This document shows, piece by piece, positions 28,172 through 37,978 of a stretch of DNA of 64,000 bases. A program made the position numbers and the translations under genes. The stretch covers positions 4,096,001 through 4,160,000 of the forward strand of contig OY782041.1 in the NCBI GenBank assembly GCA_963677595.1, written 5' to 3'. This DNA comes from Spirochaetia bacterium. Its GTDB lineage: Bacteria > Spirochaetota > Spirochaetia > CAKZLE01. Position 1 is the first letter of the stretch; every line of letters begins with the position of its first letter. Below the pieces are notes generated by a model that did not search any database, was not told the DNA's origin, and worked only from the letters and a program-made list of their open reading frames with translations.

Positions 28172-29497
28172 ATGAGCAATACAACAGGTATCAAAGCCGG
28201 ATGGCTTGTGGTTTCCTCAGAGACGGTACTCAAGGATCATGGGTTCCTCATCGAGGACGGGATCATCACTGATGTGGTCCCCAATGCAAAATTGGACGGG
28301 AAAGCAGGTATCGTCGATGCCTCGGATAAGATCGTGTGTCCGAGTTTCACCAATACCCATACCCATATGTACGAAGTGATGAAGCATGGAGCATTATGGC
28401 CTGCACTGAGCCTGAAACCGCTCCTGGAACAATTCTGGTGGCCATGTGCCGAAGACAGGCAGACCGTCGAGACGATCAAGCTGACAAGTGAGTACGCGAC
28501 GATCGAGCACCTGAGGACCGGGGTCACCATGATCAATGACATCCTCGAAGGACCGAACGCCGAGAACGGCAAACGCCTCACCACTGAGGAAGCCGTGCTC
28601 AACCGTGCCGGTGTGAAAGGTGTGCTGTCGCTGGAATCGAACGAGCGGATCAGCACGGAGAACGGGATCGAGAACCTCACCGAGAACTACGATTTCTGTA
28701 AGACAAGGAAGAACGCCAAGAACATCCGCGGGACGATCTGTACACACACCACCTTCAGTTCATCGATCCCCTTCCTGAAGAAGGCAGCCTCTATGGCACG
28801 GGAACTCGATGAGTTCCTCCAGTGCCATATGAACGAGGGACCGGATGAGGGTAATTACTGTTTCGACAAGTATGGGGTCACCACCGCGGAACTCTATAAG
28901 CAGATCGGGTACTGGAACAAGGACACCAAGGCTTTTGCGAACCAGTGCGTCTGCATGGATCCTGTCGAACTCAGCATCATGGCTGAATTCGGCGTGGGTA
29001 TCTCTACCCAGCCCCTGAGCAATGCGATCTGGGGCAACGGTATCGCCCCGGTCGAGGACATGATCAACTACGGCATCCAGGTCGGGATCGGTACTGATGA
29101 CGGTGAATGCAATTTCTTCGAGCAGATGCGCCTGATCGCCCTCCTGCAGAGAGGAAAGCGGATGCAGCCGACTGCCATGCCGACGAAGACCGTATTCAAG
29201 ATGGCTACCGAGATGGGCCCGAGAGCCATCGGGTTCGACAATGTCGGTACACTCGAGCAGGGCATGAGTGCGGACTTCATCGTATTGTCAGCGGACTCAC
29301 CAGTTCACCTGAAGGAACGCCATATCATTGATGAGATCGTCTGGTACAAGAACCCGAAAGACGTGCTCTCAGTCTACGTCAACGGGGAATGCACCTTCAG
29401 CGACGACACCGTTGCCAACCTCGATGAAGCAAGGATCAAGTCCGAGTTCAAGGACATGAACCGGGACTTCTGGAAGGGACAGCCGTACCAGGATTAG
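28172..29497 (+). CDS. Amidohydrolase, SsnA/COG0402-like (paralog of 18083-19414)
   Basis: NTHTHMY, FWWP, HTTFS, HMNEG, GIGTDD. Confidence 0.88.
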   Translation: MSNTTGIKAGWLVVSSETVLKDHGFLIEDGIITDVVPNAKLDGKAGIVDASDKIVCPSFTNTHTHMYEVMKHGALWPALSLKPLLEQFWWPCAEDRQTVETIKLTSEYATIEHLRTGVTMINDILEGPNAENGKRLTTEEAVLNRAGVKGVLSLESNERISTENGIENLTENYDFCKTRKNAKNIRGTICTHTTFSSSIPFLKKAASMARELDEFLQCHMNEGPDEGNYCFDKYGVTTAELYKQIGYWNKDTKAFANQCVCMDPVELSIMAEFGVGISTQPLSNAIWGNGIAPVEDMINYGIQVGIGTDDGECNFFEQMRLIALLQRGKRMQPTAMPTKTVFKMATEMGPRAIGFDNVGTLEQGMSADFIVLSADSPVHLKERHIIDEIVWYKNPKDVLSVYVNGECTFSDDTVANLDEARIKSEFKDMNRDFWKGQPYQD

Positions 29498-29506
29498 TCA
29501 GGCAGG

Positions 29507-29557
29507 TTTCAGGCTGCAGCCAAGGCAACGGACAGTTGCCAAGGCTGCAGCCTGAAA
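29507..29557. repeat. Intra-operon inverted repeat
   Basis: TTTCAGGCTGCAGCC ... GGCTGCAGCCTGAAA enclosing GGCAAC/GTTGCC. Confidence 0.7.
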
Positions 29558-29573
29558 ACAAGGAAGTATATGA

Positions 29574-31919
29574 ATGAAGAATGACGGATATAGATATATA
29601 TCAAAACCTGTGGAGCGTGTGGATGGTATGCATATCGCCATGGGGGGCCCCGTGTATGCGGATGACCTTGCCCCGGCAGACTGCCTGGTCATCAAACTGC
29701 TTCGCTCCCCCTACCCTTCAGCAGCGGTCTCATCGATAGATGTGGCTGCCGCCCGGAAGATGGAGGGAGTCGCAGCTGTGTACACCTGGGAGGATACCCA
29801 GATACAGTGCACCACCGGGTTTGATTACTGCAAGTATGACCATACCCTGCTGACCAGGGTTGCACGCTATCAGGGCGACCCGGTCGCCATGGTAGTCGCT
29901 GAGGACCTGAAGACCGCAGAGCGAGCTATCGCCCGCATCAGGGTGAAGTGGGAGGTGTACGAACCTCTCACCGATCCGGAAGAGGCCCTGGACAGTGAGA
30001 AGGTGGTCCATGGTGACCAGCTCGGGAAGATCATACGTCACGGAGAACTCAAAGACCCTGAGACCGATTACCATCCTGAACGAAACCAGATCGCACGGGT
30101 GAAATATGATTTCGATGATGTGGACGCGGCCTTCGCTGAAAGTGAGGTTGTCGTCGAGACCCGGATCACGACCCAGCAGCAGGCACACGCCATGCTGGAG
30201 TCACACAGGACCTTCGCCTATATAGACCGGAGGGACAAACTCGTCATCGTCGGGTCACTCCAATCCTCGTTTGCCGTACAGCGCACGGTCGCCGTAGCCC
30301 TGGGCATAGACAGCAGGGAGATCATCGTAACCAAGGCACAGGTCGGCGGGGGCTTCGGTGGGAAGGACATGATCATCCCGGAACTCTTCACCGCATTCGC
30401 CACCTATCGGCTCAGGAGACCGACGAAGATCATCTTCACCCGACAGGAATCCCTGGCAGATACGGGAACTCGGCATGCGACCATCTTCGATATGAAGATG
30501 GGTGCAGACAAGGAAGGGAACATCACGGGGATCGACTCGACGCTCATCATGGACGGCGGCGCATACTCGGATTATTCCTTTGACGTGATCCTGACAGGGA
30601 TCTTTAACGCTTACCCACTTTTTCCGAGGACGAAGGCCATGCGGTTCAACCACCTTGGCGTCATGACGAACAAAGTCCTGGGATGCCCCCTGCGAGGCAT
30701 GGGGGCTACGCAAAACCTCTTCGCGCTGAATCGGGCTATCAGCCAGATCTCCGGGAAGCTTGATATGGACATCTCCGAGATATTCCTGAAGAACATCGGG
30801 ATGGAAGGTGATACCCATCCCCTGCTGAACGGGAACCTCCCTGAGGACCCGCGGGTGATCAACAGCAGTTCGCTCTCACGATGCATCACCAGGGCTAAGG
30901 AACTGATCGACTGGGATACCACCTACCGGAAACAGAAGAACAACGGGAATATCGTACGCGGGATCGGGATGTCAGTGGCATCCCACGCTTCGAGTGTCGC
31001 TCGGGATGACCGCGGAGCAGTCAATGTCACCTTCAACTCTGACGGGTCCTTCACGGTGTTCACCGGCCATGCCGATATCGGGACCGGTTCCGATACCGGT
31101 ATCATCCAGATCGTCGCAGAAGTCCTCCAGATGCCCATGAAGTACATCCATATCAAGGCTGCATGCACCGACACCTCCCCTCATGACAACGGCACCTATG
31201 CCTCTTCCAATATATACCGGACAGGTGGGGCGGCAAAGAAAGCGGCAGAGAAGATGAAGGGGATGCTGATCGAGAACGGCCGCCGTCTGATGGGGCTCCC
31301 TGATGAGGCTGAGATCGAATACGGCGAGAAGGGGTTCTATGCACCTGCGACCAAGGAGTTCCTCTCCATTCCAGACTTTGCCAGGAAGATGGTCTCCTAC
31401 TGGCATGGTCGTGAACAGCTGGTCGCAAGCGAGTCATTCGCCTGCGATGTCGCACCCAGCCCCTATATCGCCTGTGTCGCGGAAGTCGAGGTAGACAAGA
31501 TGACTGGAACTGTCAATCTGCTGCAGTGCATCTCCGTCGTGGACTGCGGGACGGTGATCAACAGCAACTTGGCCCGTGTGCAGGTTGACGGGGGCACTGC
31601 CCAGAGTATCGGCATGTGCCTCTATGAGAGGTTCCCTTATGTGAGTGACGGTCGACTGGCGAAGACGAACTTCCAGTCATACAAGATCCCGTCCCAGATG
31701 GATATCCCGAAGATCAGGACGGAACTGCTGCCGAGTTTCGAGCATACCGGTCCGTTCGGGGCTAAGGGTATCGGGGAGATCGCCGCGAATGCTGCCGCCC
31801 CTGCCATTGCGGATGCCGTGTTCAATGCGACCGGCGTCCATGTCAACTCTCTCCCGATCACTCCTGAGAAGATGTTCCGGGCCCTTTGGGAATCTGAGAA
31901 AGGAAGTGTCCTGTCATGA
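29574..31919 (+). CDS. XDH-family molybdopterin-binding subunit (XdhD-like)
   Basis: QAHAMLE, GGGFGGK, LRGMGATQ, DIGTGSDT, GTYASS, GAKGIGE. Confidence 0.93.
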   Translation: MKNDGYRYISKPVERVDGMHIAMGGPVYADDLAPADCLVIKLLRSPYPSAAVSSIDVAAARKMEGVAAVYTWEDTQIQCTTGFDYCKYDHTLLTRVARYQGDPVAMVVAEDLKTAERAIARIRVKWEVYEPLTDPEEALDSEKVVHGDQLGKIIRHGELKDPETDYHPERNQIARVKYDFDDVDAAFAESEVVVETRITTQQQAHAMLESHRTFAYIDRRDKLVIVGSLQSSFAVQRTVAVALGIDSREIIVTKAQVGGGFGGKDMIIPELFTAFATYRLRRPTKIIFTRQESLADTGTRHATIFDMKMGADKEGNITGIDSTLIMDGGAYSDYSFDVILTGIFNAYPLFPRTKAMRFNHLGVMTNKVLGCPLRGMGATQNLFALNRAISQISGKLDMDISEIFLKNIGMEGDTHPLLNGNLPEDPRVINSSSLSRCITRAKELIDWDTTYRKQKNNGNIVRGIGMSVASHASSVARDDRGAVNVTFNSDGSFTVFTGHADIGTGSDTGIIQIVAEVLQMPMKYIHIKAACTDTSPHDNGTYASSNIYRTGGAAKKAAEKMKGMLIENGRRLMGLPDEAEIEYGEKGFYAPATKEFLSIPDFARKMVSYWHGREQLVASESFACDVAPSPYIACVAEVEVDKMTGTVNLLQCISVVDCGTVINSNLARVQVDGGTAQSIGMCLYERFPYVSDGRLAKTNFQSYKIPSQMDIPKIRTELLPSFEHTGPFGAKGIGEIAANAAAPAIADAVFNATGVHVNSLPITPEKMFRALWESEKGSVLS

Positions 31920-32710
31920 GAATACAGAACTATGTACGAGCGGCCTCCCTCGAGGAAGCTTTTAAACTGATAACCACATCTAAGTTCAATAAGATCGTTG
32001 CCGGCGTTACCTGGCTGAAAGGGACCGGGATGAACATCAAGACTGCCGTCGACCTGATGGATCTCGATCTGAAATATATCCGCGAGGATGATGAGCATAT
32101 CCATATCGGGACGCTCTCCACCCTCCGCATGCTCGAGACCAGCGAGATCATCGAACGTGAGTGTGGATCCCTGATCCAGGATGCCGTCTCTCACCTGATT
32201 GGCATCCAGCTGAGGAACCAGATCACCATCGGAGCCCATGTCTATTCCCGGTTCGGGTTCTCCGACATCATCCCGACGTTATACGTACTCGATGCATCAG
32301 TCAGGCTATTCAAGCATGGCGAGATGAAGCTCTCCGAGTTCCTCACCTGCGATATCAGGAAGGATATCCTCATAGAGGTGCTGATCCCGAAGAAAAACCG
32401 GTCTGCACGCGTAAAGATGGTCAGGAACGCCTACAGTGACTATTCCATCCTCTGTGCTGCAGCATCAAGGACCGGGCATGCATGGATCATCTCCGTCGGG
32501 GCCCGTCCAGGACGTGCCGTACCGGCAGTGAATGCGATGGCATACCTTGCAGGCAGGGAAGATGTCGATATCGACCCCCAGGCTGCGGCTAACCTTGCGG
32601 CGGGGGAGTTGAGTTTCGCTACAAACCAGCGAGGCAGTTCCTCATACCGGAAGGAGCTGTGCAGGAACCTGATAAGACAGGAGATCGAGGAGATCATCAG
32701 TGAAAGTTAA
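31916..32710 (+). CDS. XDH-family FAD-binding subunit (YgfM-like)
   Basis: LRNQITIG...SRFGFSD, VGARP. Confidence 0.88.
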   Translation: MRIQNYVRAASLEEAFKLITTSKFNKIVAGVTWLKGTGMNIKTAVDLMDLDLKYIREDDEHIHIGTLSTLRMLETSEIIERECGSLIQDAVSHLIGIQLRNQITIGAHVYSRFGFSDIIPTLYVLDASVRLFKHGEMKLSEFLTCDIRKDILIEVLIPKKNRSARVKMVRNAYSDYSILCAAASRTGHAWIISVGARPGRAVPAVNAMAYLAGREDVDIDPQAAANLAAGELSFATNQRGSSSYRKELCRNLIRQEIEEIISES

Positions 32711-33155
32711 CCTTTGGGTAAATGATAAGCAGGTGGAGTGGGATGTTGCTCCAGATGACTTCCTGGCAGATACGCTCCGTTCCCATGGATTCAAGAGCGT
32801 GAAGACCGGCTGCGATGAGGGGGCCTGCGGGACCTGTACGGTCTGGATGGACGGCACCCCCATCCTCTCATGCCAGATGCTCACGGTGAAGGCTGCAGGC
32901 AGCCGTATCACCACGATCGAGGGCGTGAAGGAAGAGGCGGAAGAGCTGGCGAGGTTCATGGTTTCGAAAGGTACGGAAGCCTGCGGGTACTGTGCCCCGG
33001 GATTCATCATGCAGGTCCTGGCCATGAAGCGGGAATTGAAAGACCCCACCTATGATGAGATACGGGAATACCTGAACGGGAACCTATGCAGGTGTACCGG
33101 GTATGCGAGCCGGAATGAATCGATTGATGAATACCTGAAACAGGTCAACCTGTAG
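32700..33155 (+). CDS. XDH-family 2x[2Fe-2S] subunit
   Basis: GCDEGACGTCTV, CGYCAPG, NLCRCTGY. Confidence 0.93.
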   Translation: MKVNLWVNDKQVEWDVAPDDFLADTLRSHGFKSVKTGCDEGACGTCTVWMDGTPILSCQMLTVKAAGSRITTIEGVKEEAEELARFMVSKGTEACGYCAPGFIMQVLAMKRELKDPTYDEIREYLNGNLCRCTGYASRNESIDEYLKQVNL

Positions 33156-33172
33156 GAAGGAGACGAACAGCA

Positions 33173-34705
33173 GTGAACGTCATTGAGATGAAGGGCATCA
33201 GCAAGTATTTCGGGAACTTCGCCGCCAACGACCATGTCGATTTCAACCTGAAGAAGGGAGAGATCCACGCACTGCTCGGGGAGAACGGCGCGGGGAAGAC
33301 CACGCTCATGAACGTGCTGTATGGGCTGTACCACCCGAGCGAGGGGAATATCCTCGTGGATGGGGAGACCGTGTCCCTCACCAGTCCCAATGTGGCGATC
33401 AACCATGGGATCGGGATGGTACACCAGCATTTCATGCTGATCCCGCAGCTGACTGTTGCTCAGAACATCTTCCTGGGGATGAAGGGCAGCGGGTTCTTCT
33501 TCAATGCCGCGCGTAAGGCTGAGCGGGTCCGTAAACTGGAGAGCCGGTATGATTTCGATATCGACCCGAATGCCGAAGTGTCAGATCTCTCGGTAGGGAT
33601 GCAGCAGAAGGTAGAAATCCTCAAGGCTCTCATGCGCGATATCAACGTGCTCATCCTTGATGAACCGACCGCAGTCCTCACGCCGCAGGAGGTGGAGAGA
33701 CTCTTCACCTCCCTGAAGTCGATGACCCGTGAGGGGTATTCCATCATCCTCATCACCCACCGTATGGAGGAGGTCATGGCATACTGTGACCGTGTCACGG
33801 TCATGCGGGCAGGCAGGGTCGTTGCCACCGAGAACATCAAGGATGTGAACGAGGCAAAGCTTGCCAACATGATGATCGGCAGGGATGTGCTGCTGGAGAT
33901 CGAGAAAGAGGAGTCGAAACCGGGAGACCCTATCCTGAAGACCCACAACATCTGTGTATGCGGGAAACACGGCATCAATGCCGTGGAGGATGTCTCCTTC
34001 CAGGTCCATGCAGGGGAGATAGTCGGCATCGCGGGAGTCGACGGCAACGGCCAGCTTGAACTGGGCGAGACCCTTGCAGGCCTGCGCAGGATGGATTCTG
34101 GGATCCTCGAGATGAACGGGGAGACGGTCCACCTTCCCACGACAGCCAAGATGATGGGACACGGCCTCGGATATATCCCCGATGACCGCCAGAAGAAGGG
34201 CCTCGTGATGCCGTTCTCGATCAAAGAGAACATCCTGCTCGGTACCCACACATCACCCGATTACTGCAAGCGTAATTTCATCGACTACAAGTGCCTGAAC
34301 AGACGTGCCACCGATCTGGTGAACGCGTTTGACGTCCGGTACCAGAGTGTGGAGCAGAAAGCGCACGACCTGTCAGGAGGAAACCAGCAGAAGGTCATCC
34401 TGGCACGCGTCTTCTCACGGGACCCCAAGCTCATCCTCGCCATCCAGCCGACCCGCGGTCTCGATATCGGGGCGATAGAGTTCGTACGGCAGCAGCTCGT
34501 CCATGCGAGAGCCCAGGGCAAGGGCATACTGCTCATATCGACGGACCTCGACGAGATCATGAGCCTGAGCGATAGAGTACTGGTCATGTTCAAGGGGAAG
34601 ATATCCGAATCCTACCCCACACGTGAGATAACCGGGACGAAGATCGGGCTGCTGATGTCGGGGAAGAAACTGATCGATACTGAAGAAAAAGAATTGAGAG
34701 CGTAG
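33173..34705 (+). CDS. ABC transporter ATPase, nucleoside/purine (CUT2) type
   Basis: GENGAGKTT, LSVGMQQKVEILK, LDEPT, LSGGNQQK, QPTRGLDIGA. Confidence 0.95.
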   Translation: MNVIEMKGISKYFGNFAANDHVDFNLKKGEIHALLGENGAGKTTLMNVLYGLYHPSEGNILVDGETVSLTSPNVAINHGIGMVHQHFMLIPQLTVAQNIFLGMKGSGFFFNAARKAERVRKLESRYDFDIDPNAEVSDLSVGMQQKVEILKALMRDINVLILDEPTAVLTPQEVERLFTSLKSMTREGYSIILITHRMEEVMAYCDRVTVMRAGRVVATENIKDVNEAKLANMMIGRDVLLEIEKEESKPGDPILKTHNICVCGKHGINAVEDVSFQVHAGEIVGIAGVDGNGQLELGETLAGLRRMDSGILEMNGETVHLPTTAKMMGHGLGYIPDDRQKKGLVMPFSIKENILLGTHTSPDYCKRNFIDYKCLNRRATDLVNAFDVRYQSVEQKAHDLSGGNQQKVILARVFSRDPKLILAIQPTRGLDIGAIEFVRQQLVHARAQGKGILLISTDLDEIMSLSDRVLVMFKGKISESYPTREITGTKIGLLMSGKKLIDTEEKELRA

Positions 34706-34710
34706 AGCAT

Positions 34711-35787
34711 ATGATAAGACGAATACTTGATACGATGAAGAAACCGCTCCTGTCGGCAGTCCTCGCAGTCGCCGTGGTGGCATTGATCCTGATCGCTGCA
34801 GGCTATGATGCATCGAACGGGTTCTATGCCATGTTCTCTGCCACCTTCGGCAAGTTGAAGGGTTTCACCAACACCCTCAACAAAGCTACCCCCCTGATGC
34901 TCTGCGCCCTGGCTTTTGCCGTCGGGAGCAAAGGCAGCATCATGAACATGGGAATGGACGGACAGCTGCTGATCGGGGCAGTGCTCGCGTCAATCATCGG
35001 GATCAGTTTCGGAGGCCTCCCCTTCTATATCCTGATCCCCCTTGTCTGTATCGCCGGGGCAATAGGCGGAGCTATCTGGTCGTTCGTTCCAGGTCTGCTC
35101 AAGTCCCGGTTCGGTATTTCAGAGATCATCACGACCATCATGTTCAACTATATTGCCAGAGGCATCGTCGCATATCTTTGTGCCGGTCCGATGAAGAGTC
35201 CTGACACCTCACAGAATATCTCGCGGTATATCTCGGAGAACGCACAGTTCAGGAATCTCATACCGCATACCAAACTGCATGTGAGCTTCTTCATCGCTGT
35301 GGTGCTGGCGATCGGCTTGTTCATATTCCTCTACAAGACCCGCTACGGGTTCGAGATGCGGGCGGTCGGACTGAACAGGATCGCGGCTCAGGCCAATGGG
35401 ATCAGCACGGAACGGACAATGCTCACCACGATGCTGCTCAGCGGGGCCATAGCCGGGTTCGCAGGGTCACTGGAGGTCATGGGTACCACGCATTACATGA
35501 TCGAGACCCTCACCGACAGCTTCGGGTTCACGGGGATCGCCGTATCGATCCTGGTGAACAACAACCCGATCGGCATCATATTCAGCTCATTCATCTTCGG
35601 GATCCTGCGTACAGGAGCTACTGCCATGCAGCGGCTTGCTGATATCTCAAGCTCCTTCGTCGGTGTGTTCGAGGGCATGATCATCATCTTCATCGCCGTG
35701 GCGACCGTGAAGGACCCGAATAGGAAGGAAGCTGTTCTGAAACAGCCTGAGACACCAGAACCTGGTGATGAGGAGGTACTGTCATGA
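34711..35787 (+). CDS. ABC permease (BMP/nucleoside system)
   Basis: NMGMDGQ, EIITTIMFNY, GFEMRAVG.N; hydrophobic. Confidence 0.92.
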   Translation: MIRRILDTMKKPLLSAVLAVAVVALILIAAGYDASNGFYAMFSATFGKLKGFTNTLNKATPLMLCALAFAVGSKGSIMNMGMDGQLLIGAVLASIIGISFGGLPFYILIPLVCIAGAIGGAIWSFVPGLLKSRFGISEIITTIMFNYIARGIVAYLCAGPMKSPDTSQNISRYISENAQFRNLIPHTKLHVSFFIAVVLAIGLFIFLYKTRYGFEMRAVGLNRIAAQANGISTERTMLTTMLLSGAIAGFAGSLEVMGTTHYMIETLTDSFGFTGIAVSILVNNNPIGIIFSSFIFGILRTGATAMQRLADISSSFVGVFEGMIIIFIAVATVKDPNRKEAVLKQPETPEPGDEEVLS

Positions 35788-36716
35788 CACTGGACTGGAT
35801 CATATCGTTCGCATCTTCAGTCATCCGTTTCTCGACCCCGCTCATGATCGCGACCCTGGCGTTGATCCTCTCGGAGAAGGCCGGGATGCTCAATATCGGG
35901 GTGGAGGGGCTCATGGCCACAGGGGCATTCTTCGCCTATGCATGTACGATCTTCTTCCATGACTCACCTGTGACGGGCTTGCTGCTCGCGATCCTTATCA
36001 CCGGTCTGATGAACCTGATCTATGCTGTGACCACCGTATCGTTCAAAGCCGAACAGGCGATCATAGGAATGGCCTTGAACATATTCTGCGTGGGTCTCGG
36101 GTCCTTCCTGTACCGCAGGATCTTCATGACCGGGGGACTGACGACTAAATGCTCGACCTTCCCGACTATCGAGATCCCCCTACTGTCAAAGATCCCGGTG
36201 ATCGGCCCCATCCTGTTCACCCAGTCCTGGTACGGGTACTTCGCCATCATCCTCGCGATCGCTATCTGGATCCTGCTAAAGAAGACGAACATCGGCAATT
36301 CGATCATCGCGATCGGGGAATACCCCGAGGCAGCGGACAGCCTGGCTATCCCTGTACGCCTCTACCGGTATGGCATCTGTTTCGTGAGCGGCGCGTTGTG
36401 GGGAGTGGCAGGGAGTGCCCTCTCCCTGAGCATCACCGGGTCGTATACCGACAACATCGTCAGCGGCCGCGGCTATATCGCCCTCGGACTGGTGATCCTG
36501 GGGAAATGGCATCCCCGTGGTGTCATCCTTGGGGCCCTGATCTTCGGGTTCTCCTATATCCTGCAGATCAATCTCCAGATCATCGGTATCAGCATCGACT
36601 ACAACCTCGTCAAGATTCTGCCGTACGTCCTGACTGTTTTCGTCGTTATCCTGGGTGGGCGGAAACGTATCGCATCCCCCAAGGCCCTCGGAGTCCCGTA
36701 TGTGAAGTCGAAATAG
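35784..36716 (+). CDS. ABC permease (BMP/nucleoside system)
   Basis: SEKAGMLNIGVEG, GRGYIAL, GKWHP, LPYVLT, PKALG.PY. Confidence 0.92.
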   Translation: MTLDWIISFASSVIRFSTPLMIATLALILSEKAGMLNIGVEGLMATGAFFAYACTIFFHDSPVTGLLLAILITGLMNLIYAVTTVSFKAEQAIIGMALNIFCVGLGSFLYRRIFMTGGLTTKCSTFPTIEIPLLSKIPVIGPILFTQSWYGYFAIILAIAIWILLKKTNIGNSIIAIGEYPEAADSLAIPVRLYRYGICFVSGALWGVAGSALSLSITGSYTDNIVSGRGYIALGLVILGKWHPRGVILGALIFGFSYILQINLQIIGISIDYNLVKILPYVLTVFVVILGGRKRIASPKALGVPYVKSK

Positions 36717-36794
36717 ACACCCATTGGGATCCCGGGGTCCAATTACCTTAGAAGCTTTTTTTAGAAAATAGATAATTCATTGATGGAGGAAATT

Positions 36795-37913
36795 ATGAGA
36801 CTCAAAAAGCTACTTGTTCTTGTTCTGATCATGGGTTTGGCATGTTCAGTAGTATTCGCCGGTGGTACAAAAGAGACGACCGCAGCTGCTGCACCTACTG
36901 AAGAGACTGCTCTGACTCCAGCTTCTATCGCGAAAGCTGCGTCAAACGTGGTAGTTCCTGCGTCCTTCGATGGTCTTGCATATAAAGACCTGAAGGCAGC
37001 CATCCTGGTTCCCGATTCATACACCGAACCCGGCTGGAGCCAGACCGGTGCGTTGGGGATGGACAGTATCGAGGCGGCCCTCGGCTGTACAACGACCATC
37101 GTCGAAGCTGCATCGCCTGACCAGATGAAGACTGAGGCTGAAGCCCTCGCTGACGACGGCTACCAGCTGATCGTCGGTCACGGCAACCAGTACGAGGATG
37201 CGTTCAACGAGATCTGCGGTGACTATCCTGACACCCTCTTCGTCACGATGGGCGGTACTACCTTCAGCAGTAACCAGCTGCCGATCTACAGCGCACTGGG
37301 GCAGCCCTATTACCTGCTAGGTATCATCGCCGGCGCGATGACCGAATCAAACAAGACCGCATTCATCGCCGGAGCAAACTGGAACTCCTTCCTGAAGGAA
37401 GCATACTCCTATTATGAAGGTGTGAAGGCTGTCAATCCCGACTGTGAGTACTCACTGGTCGTCATGAACGACTACACCGATGCCAATGAGGCATACGAGA
37501 CTGCCGTGAGCCTTGTCAACTCAGGCTGCGACTACATTGCCGTCAGTGCCAATGCCTCGAACAGTTCCGTGATGCAGGCTTGTGAGGAGTATGGTGTGGC
37601 ATGTGCGTCAGATGGTGTCGACTACAGCTCTGATTATCCCAATGCCACCTTCGGGTCAGTCTATACCTCTTTCGAGAGCTGTTTCCCCGTATTCGCCAAG
37701 GAGCTCTGTGACGGTACCTTCGAGGTCGATCCTACCGGGAACACCTCATTCGGCTATTCCGACGGCTACTGGGAGGTGATCATGAACCCCAACTTCCCGC
37801 TCTCAGCTGAAGCACAGGCGAAGATCGATGAGATCATGGCTGATCCCGACAATGTACCGGAAGTCTCTGAGCTGGACATCACACTTGGGACCTATGTCTT
37901 TGATGGTTCATAA
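36795..37913 (+). CDS. BMP-family (purine nucleoside-type) solute-binding protein
   Basis: Signal peptide ...VFAGGTKE, LIVGHG, YLLG..AG.MT..NK, G.KAVNPD; operon context. Confidence 0.88.
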   Translation: MRLKKLLVLVLIMGLACSVVFAGGTKETTAAAAPTEETALTPASIAKAASNVVVPASFDGLAYKDLKAAILVPDSYTEPGWSQTGALGMDSIEAALGCTTTIVEAASPDQMKTEAEALADDGYQLIVGHGNQYEDAFNEICGDYPDTLFVTMGGTTFSSNQLPIYSALGQPYYLLGIIAGAMTESNKTAFIAGANWNSFLKEAYSYYEGVKAVNPDCEYSLVVMNDYTDANEAYETAVSLVNSGCDYIAVSANASNSSVMQACEEYGVACASDGVDYSSDYPNATFGSVYTSFESCFPVFAKELCDGTFEVDPTGNTSFGYSDGYWEVIMNPNFPLSAEAQAKIDEIMADPDNVPEVSELDITLGTYVFDGS

Positions 37914-37941
37914 GAAGTAGCGATATACACTCGTTCTAAAA

Positions 37942-37973
37942 GAAACCTTCGATCGTCAGTGATCGAAGGTTTC
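37942..37973. terminator. Bidirectional terminator
   Basis: GAAACCTTCGATC-N6-GATCGAAGGTTTC between convergent genes. Confidence 0.8.
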
Positions 37974-37978
37974 CTTGT

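Noticed and set aside
15193-33155. Selenocysteine read-through or frameshifts in the XDH/YgeY genes
   Set aside because: All ORFs are full length with intact termini; no internal TGA needed.
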